Below are positions 41,215 through 50,444 of a stretch of DNA of 64,000 bases, in pieces; position 1 is the first letter of the stretch; each line of letters starts with the position of its first letter. A program made the translations under genes and the position numbers. The notes under the pieces were generated by a model that did no database searches, was not told where the DNA came from, and was given only the letters and a program-made list of their open reading frames with translations. Source of the DNA: an uncultured Candidatus Saccharibacteria bacterium (GTDB taxonomy: Bacteria; Patescibacteriota; Minisyncoccia; Phycocordibacterales; UBA918). The stretch spans positions 326,648 through 390,647 of the forward strand of contig CAYGJY010000001.1 in assembly GCA_964350645.1 (NCBI GenBank), in the 5' to 3' direction.

Positions 41215-42450
41215 CTACCTAAGTTTCGCTTTTCTACTTTTTTCACGATGATAGGTGATAGCAAACCGGTGTGACTCAGCGTTAGCTAGCAGAATCTCTT
41301 GTTCGTGCTCTGCTTTCATCTTAGCAGTTGCCAGAAGGCGAACTGGCCGGTGGCGGTCGTCTTTGACGACCGCCACCACTGGAATCACCAATCCCACCTT
41401 TTTGAGCACCCACTGAGCTGCATTCTTTTGTGCTGTGGAACCATCTACCACAAGAATCTGTGGAAACGGCCACTCTGGGTGCCGGAAGCGCCTTTCTAAA
41501 ACTTCTTTTAGTGCCCCCGGGTCATTACTTCCATGTACAGACTGGATTTTGAACTTCCTATACTCACTTTTTCTCGCTTCACCACCTTCAACAACCGTCA
41601 TCACACCAACCATGTCTTCTCCCTGAAGGTGGGCAATGTCATAAGCCTCAATCCGTAGCCGCCTGTCATCACGATAATGTTTCTTATCATCCTGAATCAA
41701 GGCGATATCTTGAATGTGCTGCAAAGCAAAAATTTTCTTTTTTATGATATGAGCAATTTCAAATTCTTCTATCTTAGCTAATCGCATCATATCTTTCTCA
41801 AGTTCTTTCAATAAGATATGTTTCTTACCCTCGAAAAACAACTTAATATGACGAATGGTTTTTAGGTATTCTTCTTTGCTCTGTTTTTCTGGGTAGAGAC
41901 CAATCTGGCGATTGAAGTCGATCTTGCCGCGGGCCATTTTAGTCTTCTCTGCTCCGACCGGAATACTCGTGTCATAGTATTTAAATAGTTTGCGAACAAT
42001 TTTTAACGCTTCGCGAAAAAGTTGTCCACTCGGAAATGGTCCAAAGTGATACTTTATTTCATGCTCAGTATACTGCTCAGTTAGATCCTTACCACGTACA
42101 ACCAATACCCGTGGGTACTCTTCGTTGGTAATAATAAGATGATTGAAACTTTTATCATCTTTTGAAAGAGTATTATATCTGGGCTTATGCGAACGAATCA
42201 GGTTAGTCTCAAGAATCAGCGCCTCAAGTGTACTGTCAGTTTCTGTCCACTCAACTGTTTTTGCTTTTCCCACCATTTGCCCAATCAATTCAGAACGCTT
42301 TTCTCCTACATCAGCTGAAAAATAGCTTCGCACGCGATTGCGTAGCGAAGTTGCCTTACCGATGTATAAAATCTCCTTCTTACCCCCAAGAAAAAAGTAG
42401 ACTCCCGGAACATCGGGCAGTTTCTTCTTTGCTAAATCAGTTTTGTTCAT
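41215..42450 (-). CDS. uvrC: Excinuclease ABC subunit C-like (GIY-YIG + RNase H-like domain, no HhH tail)
   Basis: The GIY-YIG block GVYFFLGGKKEILYIGKATSLRNRVRSYF...ETNLIRSHKPRYN, and a C-terminal UvrC-type block DGSTAQKNAAQWVL...ESHRFAITYHR (compare DGGKGQ...DEAHRFAI). At about 410 aa it lacks the (HhH)2 domain. The start is taken at MNKTDL. Confidence 0.7.
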   Translation of the reverse strand: MNKTDLAKKKLPDVPGVYFFLGGKKEILYIGKATSLRNRVRSYFSADVGEKRSELIGQMVGKAKTVEWTETDSTLEALILETNLIRSHKPRYNTLSKDDKSFNHLIITNEEYPRVLVVRGKDLTEQYTEHEIKYHFGPFPSGQLFREALKIVRKLFKYYDTSIPVGAEKTKMARGKIDFNRQIGLYPEKQSKEEYLKTIRHIKLFFEGKKHILLKELEKDMMRLAKIEEFEIAHIIKKKIFALQHIQDIALIQDDKKHYRDDRRLRIEAYDIAHLQGEDMVGVMTVVEGGEARKSEYRKFKIQSVHGSNDPGALKEVLERRFRHPEWPFPQILVVDGSTAQKNAAQWVLKKVGLVIPVVAVVKDDRHRPVRLLATAKMKAEHEQEILLANAESHRFAITYHREKSRKAKLR

Positions 42451-43060
42451 GACTTTTAATCGCTGTGCGGTATGGCAGTAGCGCCACCAACACAAGCAAC
42501 AGCTTCACAGCAAAGTCAGCAATCGCTAAACTGACCCACAGTGGTGCAAGGACACCGACACCCAAGATCGGCACCAACTCATTTGCCCAAGCGACATCAA
42601 CTCCGGGTGCAACAAAAACAAATGCGGCCGAGAAGGCAATTGTGAAAAACACGATGGTATCAATCAACGATCCAACTACCGATGAGAGCAACGGTGCTTT
42701 GTACCAAGGAGATTTTTGTACTGAGTTAAACACGACAATATCAGTCAGTTGCGCCATCAAAAAAGCCAGTCCAGAACCAAGCGCTATTCTTATAGTGGTA
42801 AGTGGAAAACCATCTGCAGTAGTGAACTCACTTGCAATTAACGAGCACAGAACACCGGTTACAAAGCCATACAAAACCACTTTCCGAGCCATCTTTGTAC
42901 CAAGTAGACGATTGGTAATGTCAGTAATCAAGAATGCCACTGGATACGTAAACGCCGCCCAGGTGAGCCAATCACCAAGTAAAAACTGAACTAAAATATT
43001 TGAGACAACCACCGTCAGTGCCATCGCGCACACTAAAGAATAAAATACTTTGTTGTCCAT
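42437..43060 (-). CDS. Queuosine precursor transporter (YhhQ/VUT family, DUF165)
   Basis: A polytopic 207-aa membrane protein with TYPVAFLITDITNRLLG, close to the YhhQ signature TYPxxFLxTDxINExxG. Confidence 0.65.
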   Translation of the reverse strand: MDNKVFYSLVCAMALTVVVSNILVQFLLGDWLTWAAFTYPVAFLITDITNRLLGTKMARKVVLYGFVTGVLCSLIASEFTTADGFPLTTIRIALGSGLAFLMAQLTDIVVFNSVQKSPWYKAPLLSSVVGSLIDTIVFFTIAFSAAFVFVAPGVDVAWANELVPILGVGVLAPLWVSLAIADFAVKLLLVLVALLPYRTAIKSHEQN

Positions 43061-43064
43061 ATTA

Positions 43065-45686
43065 TTAGAGATGTTTCTTGAGGTATTTGCCAGTATGAGA
43101 TTTTTGATTTTCAGCCACTTCTTCGGGAGTACCCTTAGCTACCAATTGCCCGCCGCCAGCCCCACCTTCGGGTCCAACATCGAGAATGTAATCAGAACAT
43201 TTGATCAAATCTAGGTTGTGTTCGATGACCATCACGGTATTACCACGATTGACTAACTCTTGAAGAATCTCAATCAGCTTTCTGACGTCTTCGTAGTGCA
43301 ACCCAATAGTTGGCTCATCAAGAAGATAGATGGTTTTTTGCGTGTGTGGTCGATAGAGTTCTGAAGCAATTTTAACGCGTTGCGCCTCTCCACCAGATAA
43401 CGTAGTAGCACTTTGCCCCAGCTCTAAATATCCTAGTCCAACATTTTGTAAACTGTAAAGACGTTCATAAATCGCCGGTACATCTTTGAAAAATTCTACG
43501 GACTCTTCAATATTCATATGAAGGACATCATAAATATTCTTCCCTTTGTAGTAGATCTCGAGTGTTTCTTTAGTAAAGCGTTTACCGTCACACACGTCAC
43601 AGGTTACAAATACTGTCGGTAAAAAGTGCATCTCGACTGCAATCACCCCATTACCCTGACACGCTTCACAGCGACCACCTTTGACGTTGAATGAGAAACG
43701 GCCTGGTTTCCAGCCACGCGCTCGAGCTTCACTGGTTGCGGCAAACATATCACGAATATGGGTAAAAGCACCGGTGTATGTAGCAGGATTCGAGCGTGGT
43801 GTACGTCCAATCGGCGACTGATCAATCAGCACAGAACGGCCCAGATACTCAGTACCAGTGATAGATGACACATTATAGGTTTTGGCTGTTCGGTATTTTT
43901 TTTCCAGTCTTGCTTGGAGATTTTTATGCAGAATCTCGTACATGAACGTAGACTTACCTGAACCTGATACACCAGTCACTGTAATCAAACGACCAAGCGG
44001 AATATCCACATTCAGATTCTTAATGTTGAAAGCCTTGCCACCTTTGATTTTGATTGCTCCTTTTTCACCAGTGCGTCGTTCTGGAATCGGAATAGTTTTG
44101 TCTCCCCGCAAGTAATCAAGTGTAATAGATTTTGAAGGGTTTGTTTTTGCCTCTAGGAGCTTCGGGAGATAGTCTGCTACGACTACTTCCCCACCATGAA
44201 CACCAGCACCAGGACCAATATCAATAATATAATCAGCGGCATAAATAGTATCTTCGTCGTGCTCAACCACAATAATTGTATTCCCCAGATCGCGTAGTTC
44301 AGTAAGTGTCTGAATCAGTTTGTCGTTGTCTCGTTGGTGGAGCCCGATAGTGGGTTCGTCAAGTACGTAGAGCGCGCCAACCAAACCAGAACCCAGCTGT
44401 GAGGCGAGTCGAATCCGCTGCGCTTCCCCACCCGAAAGTGTATTAGCTCTACGGTCGAGGGTTAAATATTCAATCCCAACATTATTCATAAATTGAAGAC
44501 GTTCGATAATTTCACGAAGGGCTGGCCAAGCAATATCTTGCTGCTTTTTAGTCAGTTTCAGACTATCAATAAAATCACTGGCCTCTCGGACGGTCATACT
44601 GGTGAAATCAACTATATTTTTACCAAGATCTTTACTGGTGCCTCCCAAGTACACTCGCAGCGCTTCTGGGCGCAACCTAGCTCCTTTACATGATGGACAT
44701 TCATCGGAATTAAAAATTCCTACGACCCCAAGACCGTTACATTCAGGACACGCACCATATGGTGAGTTAAATGAAAAAAGACGCGGTTCTACTTCTGGGA
44801 AAGATGACCCATCGACTGGACAGATAAACTTTGCTGAAAGGGTGCGTTCTGTGCCGTCAGGTGATTCTACCTTTACAAGGCCATTTGATTGTTGCAGTGC
44901 CAATTCTACTGCCTCAGAGAGTCGTTCCCTGGATCCTTTTGGATCGTCGGTGAATTCACTTACATAGATCGCATCAACTAAGACATCAATATCGTGTCGC
45001 TTTGTTTTGGTGAGTTCTATTTTGTCACGTAATTGGTGAATTTTGCCGTCAATCTTAACAGTCTCATACCCTTTACCAAGTAAATCATATAACAATTGAT
45101 AGTACTCCCCTTTACGTCCCACAATGACTGGCGAAAAAATTCCAACCCGTCCTTTATTCAACTGAATTCCCATCACTTTTTCCGCATCTTTTTTTGCAGT
45201 TTTTACTTCTTTGTCTTCAATTGATTTCAGAACAATACCTAGAATTTCGTCTTGAGAAAGTTTTTCAATCGGCACATCAGTATCAAGACAATAGGGCTGA
45301 CCTACCCGCGCATACAAAATACGGAGGTAGTCATAAATTTCTGTAATAGTTGCCACGGTTGAACGCGGGTTCCGACTGGCAGACTTTTGGTCAATCGAAA
45401 TAGCTGGTGAGAGCCCTGAGATCTCATCAACATCAGGCTTCTGCATTTTATTTAAAAACTGACGCGCGTATGGAGACAATGACTCAACATACCGACGTTG
45501 ACCTTCGGCGAAGATCGTATCAAAAGCTAGTGATGACTTACCTGAACCAGATGGCCCTGTAATAGCAATCATCTTACCGCGCGGCATTTCAACATCAATA
45601 TTTTTAAGATTGTGCGTACGGGCACCACGAACCACGATCTTGGCATCATGTTCATTCCATTCTGTTTTTGTTTTTTTCTGTGCCAT
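43065..45686 (-). CDS. uvrA: Excinuclease ABC subunit A
   Basis: Two ABC ATPase modules (GPSGSGKSSLAFDTI and GVSGSGKSTFMYEIL), zinc-finger Cys clusters (CPVDGSSF...CPECNGLG, CEACQGNG...CDVCDGKR) and two LSGGEAQR signature motifs. 873 aa. Confidence 0.95.
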   Translation of the reverse strand: MAQKKTKTEWNEHDAKIVVRGARTHNLKNIDVEMPRGKMIAITGPSGSGKSSLAFDTIFAEGQRRYVESLSPYARQFLNKMQKPDVDEISGLSPAISIDQKSASRNPRSTVATITEIYDYLRILYARVGQPYCLDTDVPIEKLSQDEILGIVLKSIEDKEVKTAKKDAEKVMGIQLNKGRVGIFSPVIVGRKGEYYQLLYDLLGKGYETVKIDGKIHQLRDKIELTKTKRHDIDVLVDAIYVSEFTDDPKGSRERLSEAVELALQQSNGLVKVESPDGTERTLSAKFICPVDGSSFPEVEPRLFSFNSPYGACPECNGLGVVGIFNSDECPSCKGARLRPEALRVYLGGTSKDLGKNIVDFTSMTVREASDFIDSLKLTKKQQDIAWPALREIIERLQFMNNVGIEYLTLDRRANTLSGGEAQRIRLASQLGSGLVGALYVLDEPTIGLHQRDNDKLIQTLTELRDLGNTIIVVEHDEDTIYAADYIIDIGPGAGVHGGEVVVADYLPKLLEAKTNPSKSITLDYLRGDKTIPIPERRTGEKGAIKIKGGKAFNIKNLNVDIPLGRLITVTGVSGSGKSTFMYEILHKNLQARLEKKYRTAKTYNVSSITGTEYLGRSVLIDQSPIGRTPRSNPATYTGAFTHIRDMFAATSEARARGWKPGRFSFNVKGGRCEACQGNGVIAVEMHFLPTVFVTCDVCDGKRFTKETLEIYYKGKNIYDVLHMNIEESVEFFKDVPAIYERLYSLQNVGLGYLELGQSATTLSGGEAQRVKIASELYRPHTQKTIYLLDEPTIGLHYEDVRKLIEILQELVNRGNTVMVIEHNLDLIKCSDYILDVGPEGGAGGGQLVAKGTPEEVAENQKSHTGKYLKKHL

Positions 45687-45744
45687 AGCAAGCCGTCTTC
45701 GGGTGGAGCCGAAGACATGAAACGTTAGTATAACAAATACTCAC

Positions 45745-47088
45745 CTACTTAGAAACGGTTGGCAAGGGCAAGGTAATAACTACATGCGTACCAACATTTT
45801 TAATAGATTCAATGGCAATAGTTCCCCCCATCAACTCAAGAAATTGACGAGTAATCCACATACCTAGTCCAGTGCCGGTAATAGCCGAAACATCAGTTGA
45901 ATCTACTCTAAAAAATGGTGCAAATAATTTTTCTCGATCAGCAGCCCCAATCCCCATACCAGTATCCTTGATCCGTATTTCAATGCTTCGAATTTTAGTC
46001 TCTGCTACGATAGTGATTGAGCCAGTCTTTGTGTATTTGATTGCATTACTAATAATATTGATAAGTACTTGATGTAAACGTTTAGGATCAGCCGCCACCA
46101 TCAAACCTGATGGCACTTCTGATATAAGTTCAAGATCTTTCGCTTTCGCCGAACTTTGCAACTCCTCTAATACAGCCAGTGAAACACCTTCCAGATTAGT
46201 TTCTTCAATATCAACCTTGAGTTTCCCAGACTGGATGCGTGCAACGTCGAGTAAATCGTTGACGATAGTGAGAAGACGATTGCCGGCTTCTTCTATCCGT
46301 TTGGCGTACGTCCTATTAGTTTCTGACAAGTCACTCTCTTGGAGCATGCTGGCATATCCCTTCATGGCGGTTAATGGCGCTCGCAACTCGTGTGCGATTA
46401 AATTAGTGAACAAATCTTTGGTTGCAATAGCTTGCTGTGCTTCTTGATAGAGCTGTCGATAGTTAACACTAGAAATATGCCAATAAGCAATTACCAATAC
46501 AAGTGCATACACCAAACCCAATGTGACATAGGCAGTTCGCTCTTGCTCTGCGAAATACTGATCAATCTGGGAAAAGTTATTTTCGGTCAAAATAAAATAC
46601 GTACCACCCTCTGTACTAATTGCTCTCACTGACTGCCAGACCCTAACACCATCTTCCATAAAAGGAAAAATTAGTGACTCATCAAAGCGAACGGCTGCTG
46701 TTTGATACAAGGCTTTATTTGCCTCTTCCTCACCCACTAAAGTAGTATCGAGACCAGCTCGCACTAAAAATGTATTCTGTTGCTGCTCAACAATTCTAAA
46801 CTTAGTGATGTCTGGGTTTAAATCAGCTATCTTTTCTAACTGTGTCTGGGCTATTGCTGTATCAAAATTTGTCGCTTCCAGCAGCACCACGAATGAGTCA
46901 TGCAGTAGACCAATGCGATCCCGTTGTAACTTATCCTGATTGGAGCGCCCTGCTTCCAAAAAAGCATTACTTGTATACAAAAACGCCAGCGGAAGAACGA
47001 TAATCAAAAGCAGCGCAAACTGAATTTGCGGATGCGCTTTAATAAAAGTGAACGAGCGTTGGACAGAAAAAAGTAGACCAGAAATCAT
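45745..47088 (-). CDS. Sensor histidine kinase
   Basis: An N-terminal transmembrane and sensor region, the H-box HELRAPLTAMKGY, and HATPase_c N/G boxes (INIISNAIKYT, DTGMGIG, GTGLGM). Its start overlaps the stop of the upstream 972-aa gene in an ATGA arrangement. Confidence 0.85.
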   Translation of the reverse strand: MISGLLFSVQRSFTFIKAHPQIQFALLLIIVLPLAFLYTSNAFLEAGRSNQDKLQRDRIGLLHDSFVVLLEATNFDTAIAQTQLEKIADLNPDITKFRIVEQQQNTFLVRAGLDTTLVGEEEANKALYQTAAVRFDESLIFPFMEDGVRVWQSVRAISTEGGTYFILTENNFSQIDQYFAEQERTAYVTLGLVYALVLVIAYWHISSVNYRQLYQEAQQAIATKDLFTNLIAHELRAPLTAMKGYASMLQESDLSETNRTYAKRIEEAGNRLLTIVNDLLDVARIQSGKLKVDIEETNLEGVSLAVLEELQSSAKAKDLELISEVPSGLMVAADPKRLHQVLINIISNAIKYTKTGSITIVAETKIRSIEIRIKDTGMGIGAADREKLFAPFFRVDSTDVSAITGTGLGMWITRQFLELMGGTIAIESIKNVGTHVVITLPLPTVSK

Positions 47089-50003
47089 ACTACCTGAGTC
47101 AACTCAGCAACTCTTGTGACAGCAAATTTTTTCTCACGTGTACGTAAGTGTAAGCCGAGTAAAATGAGAATCACCCCGATAGACACTATTGAAAGTGACC
47201 CAACTAGTAACAGAATATTTGGCGATACTAGACTTTGTCGTTCTGTTTGTCCAACAACAGCAAGCTCTGTATCAGCATCGACTGGAGTAAAGGCTTCGGC
47301 AGTCTTAATGAAGCGGGTTGGCTCACTTTTTGCGACTACTCGTCCTGCGTTATCTGTCACACCAACATACACTTCATGCTCCCCATCTTCAATTTCTTTA
47401 TCGAAAGTATATGACCAATTGCCATCTTTGTCTGTTTTTATTGTAACGACAACAGGATTGGAATACACAAATAAGGTTACAAAACTATTTGGCAAACCAC
47501 GTCCAGAAATGACAGCGGTTGGTAGCGGCTTTGTATCGGGTGCATTGTCTCCTTTTTCTGACTTAACAGAAGTGATGGCAGTAATCTCAAATACATCAGG
47601 CCTAAGGGCACCGGTTGTCTTCGGTGATTCGTAAGCGACTACCACTTCTGACTCAGCACTCGTTGGATCGTAGCCGTTTAAAATTTCAATACCATCAATG
47701 AAACCGTCATTGTCTGAGTCAGCCATGAGTGGGTCAGTTTGATAAATATTTCTTTCGTCATAATCAGTTACTCCATCATTGTCAGTATCAACAAGAGCCT
47801 CATCACCAACTCGTTCTCTCACGATTCGCTCAGTTTGCTCGGTACGTAGTGTCATTTCTGCTAATTGTCGGCGGAGACGGTTTTCAATTAAAGAAACTAG
47901 TTGATCGGTATCAGCTTCAGAAAGAGCTGACCTGACGATATCTGTCTCCAAGAGATTAAGCTGCTCCTGAATTTCTCCAATAGCGGTACTATCTTTACCC
48001 CGAATAGCAATCGCTAAACGCTTGAAGCTTTCATCGAGTCTTGCTTGGTAGCGAGCTAACAGAGCTGTCAATTGCTGATCCGCTTTCTCTGAGTCTGTTT
48101 CTGAAGCTTCAATAGCTTCTGGAACATCAGCTCTTGTGATTATTTCAGATTTCGTAATCGCTTCATCAACAAAACGCTGTCTTGATGCTGGAGCAGTCAG
48201 TATCTGAGGACGTGATTCAATTTCACCGGATGTGGTACTGGCATTCTTTAGGCGATTCAACTCAGCTGAAATTTGATTGTCACTCTCAAATGTTTTAGTT
48301 GATGCTTCTGTCACTGGTGATACCGCTTCTTTTTTTGTCTCAGTGGAAACAAGAGGCTTTTCTACTTCAGGATTAGCAATTCTAACCAATGCATCTTGAC
48401 CAAAATATGAGACATTTTCAAGCCACGTGCGTGTAAAGATTGTGTAGTTTCCATTCGGTAAATTATTTGTATCAACAGCAATCCGCCATGTCTGCCCTTC
48501 AGCTCGATTTGCAACTCCAACGTATGAAGCGGATAAGGTATTTTCCCGTCGCATATACACTTCGATTTTTTGTAATTCTCGGTTTGTCTGAATCACAAAT
48601 GGAGCTATCCCAGAGAGACGCTCTCCGTTAACTGGTTTGATACTAACCGACAGGGGCAGTTTAATTTGAGTATTTTCAGCAGTAGCAGTCTCTGCATTCA
48701 CTGATATTGGTTGCTCGTTAAATTCTTCAACTTTTGTAGCACCTACATCCTGCTGTGACTCATTAATCAAAAATGAACGCTTTTTAGTTTGATAAGAAAC
48801 ATCATTAACCACTGTATCTGCAAACAGATAATACTGTCCAGGAGCTAGATCAGTCGTCTTGTATGTAAGTGAAAAGTTTGTCGGCGAAATTTTTTCGCCG
48901 GCTCCAAGGCTCGTGATATCGCCACGATCATTTGCAATACTAAAGGTAACTCGGCTAGTTGCGGAGGATGATTTGGCTCGTAGTTGCACTGAATTTTCTT
49001 GTCGCTCAAAATCAAGTGTTAAATTGAACTCTTCAGTCTGATCCGTTACTGCTGTAGCATCCGTTTCTGAAGCTTCAGACTCAGTAGCCTCAGATTCGTT
49101 CTCTGTCTCGGTAACAGTGGTCGCATCAATCAGACTTGTGTTTGTAGTTGTATCTGGCTGTTCAACTGGTTCCTCATTTTTTATAAGGTTATCTGTTACG
49201 GGTACTGCAACCTGGTTCTTTATTTCATACTTGTCAGATGTTTTGGCAAATGAAGTCTCCTCTGTAATTACAATTGCCTCAACCTTATAAAAACCATTCT
49301 CGTATTTAGCTGTATCCCAAACAAATTCCCAAACTCCATCAGATACCCGCTTTGCTGTTCCTAAAGTGAAACGTTGAGAAGCATCAATTCGGTGGGCTAC
49401 TACATCAACTCGTTTTGCAGTCGCTACCTTAATATGGACTTTCACAGACTTTTTAAAGTAACCAGCTTGGTCAAAATCAAAACTAACTTCAGGTTTTGGT
49501 ATCACCCCAGTATTAGCCTGCTCACCTTCTAGCAGCTGCTGCTCTGTATTACTAGTTAGAGACAAAGCCGCTGCATACTGCTTTCCAGGCACCAAATCGA
49601 GTGCCGAAGCATGAAAATAAGTTAGGAGAGCACCTAATATAACCACCCCTATACCACCATAACGTGCCAAACCAATAGCCAAGGTATCAATATCAACTGG
49701 CATTTTTGGTAGTACAAACAACGACAAAGCAACCGTGCGCGGCAAAGCATAGCTGTCTTTTTTTTCTTTTGGTGAGTTGAAAAGCGTTTCTTTTTTCTTT
49801 GGCTTGAGTAACTTAGACTGCGGTACTGATTTTGTAGCTTTGGTGCTAGTTTTTTTTGGAGTAGTTTTTTTGACAGTGGCTTTTTTTGTCACTTTCTTAG
49901 GCGTTTTCCTAGTAACCGCTTTCTTAGCGGCAGGTTTTTTTGGAGCAGTTTTTTTCTTACTAGAAATTACCGCTTTTTTGGCGGTTCGCTTTGTTGTACC
50001 CAT
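47085..50003 (-). CDS. Large membrane protein with lysine-rich (histone H1-like) N-terminal tail, extracellular Ig-like/beta-rich region and thrombospondin type-3-like Ca-binding repeats
   Basis: The first 70 aa or so consist of KKxxPKK-type repeats (KKTAPKKPAAKKAVTRKTPKKVTKKATVKKTTPKKTSTK). A transmembrane helix follows at about residues 100-125, then roughly 800 aa rich in T/S/E, including DTDNDGVTDYDE and DSDNDGFIDGIE motifs. A C-terminal transmembrane helix (LLLVGSLSIVSIGVILILLGL) closes the protein. The gene is co-operonic with the response regulator and kinase. Confidence 0.55.
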   Translation of the reverse strand: MGTTKRTAKKAVISSKKKTAPKKPAAKKAVTRKTPKKVTKKATVKKTTPKKTSTKATKSVPQSKLLKPKKKETLFNSPKEKKDSYALPRTVALSLFVLPKMPVDIDTLAIGLARYGGIGVVILGALLTYFHASALDLVPGKQYAAALSLTSNTEQQLLEGEQANTGVIPKPEVSFDFDQAGYFKKSVKVHIKVATAKRVDVVAHRIDASQRFTLGTAKRVSDGVWEFVWDTAKYENGFYKVEAIVITEETSFAKTSDKYEIKNQVAVPVTDNLIKNEEPVEQPDTTTNTSLIDATTVTETENESEATESEASETDATAVTDQTEEFNLTLDFERQENSVQLRAKSSSATSRVTFSIANDRGDITSLGAGEKISPTNFSLTYKTTDLAPGQYYLFADTVVNDVSYQTKKRSFLINESQQDVGATKVEEFNEQPISVNAETATAENTQIKLPLSVSIKPVNGERLSGIAPFVIQTNRELQKIEVYMRRENTLSASYVGVANRAEGQTWRIAVDTNNLPNGNYTIFTRTWLENVSYFGQDALVRIANPEVEKPLVSTETKKEAVSPVTEASTKTFESDNQISAELNRLKNASTTSGEIESRPQILTAPASRQRFVDEAITKSEIITRADVPEAIEASETDSEKADQQLTALLARYQARLDESFKRLAIAIRGKDSTAIGEIQEQLNLLETDIVRSALSEADTDQLVSLIENRLRRQLAEMTLRTEQTERIVRERVGDEALVDTDNDGVTDYDERNIYQTDPLMADSDNDGFIDGIEILNGYDPTSAESEVVVAYESPKTTGALRPDVFEITAITSVKSEKGDNAPDTKPLPTAVISGRGLPNSFVTLFVYSNPVVVTIKTDKDGNWSYTFDKEIEDGEHEVYVGVTDNAGRVVAKSEPTRFIKTAEAFTPVDADTELAVVGQTERQSLVSPNILLLVGSLSIVSIGVILILLGLHLRTREKKFAVTRVAELTQVV

Positions 50004-50062
50004 TTGTCTTTATTATAAAGTAAAAAGCCACTACAAATTAAACACCTGTCGATAACTATTTG

Positions 50063-50425
50063 TTAAAGATGACTACTGACTAATGCGTTCAATTCAGTTG
50101 GATTGGTAGTTGCCTTAAAATAATAGTCAGTTGCACCAGCCGTGATCACAGCAGTTTTTAATTCCGGTGTGTCGTTATTTGAGAAAATAATTATTGGTAC
50201 TGTTTTATACTCTTCGTTAGCACGAACTGCCTTAAGAATTTCAAGTCCTGATGTACCTGGCAAGTCTAGGTCAAGTAAAATCAAATCTGGGACTTCAGTA
50301 AGTATGTGATCATAGGCCAAGTTTCCATCAGCACACACTGTAACTTTGTGGCCGGCATCGCTCAAATGTTTAGATACAAAATCTTGCATGAACTGATCAT
50401 CCTCGATCAATGTAATTGTTTTCAT
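50063..50425 (-). CDS. Single-domain response regulator (CheY-like receiver)
   Basis: A 120-aa protein with acidic-pocket and phospho-acceptor context ...DLILLDLDLPGTSGLEILK and a conserved Lys near the C-terminus. No output domain. Confidence 0.8.
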   Translation of the reverse strand: MKTITLIEDDQFMQDFVSKHLSDAGHKVTVCADGNLAYDHILTEVPDLILLDLDLPGTSGLEILKAVRANEEYKTVPIIIFSNNDTPELKTAVITAGATDYYFKATTNPTELNALVSSHL

Positions 50426-50444
50426 ATACCACTATCGTAGCACG

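Noticed and set aside
47116-49041. Plus-strand ORFs antisense to the 972-aa membrane protein gene
   Set aside because: The antisense frames are rich in Ser/Val/Thr, mirroring the sense strand's T/S/E codons. They have no start context or motifs.
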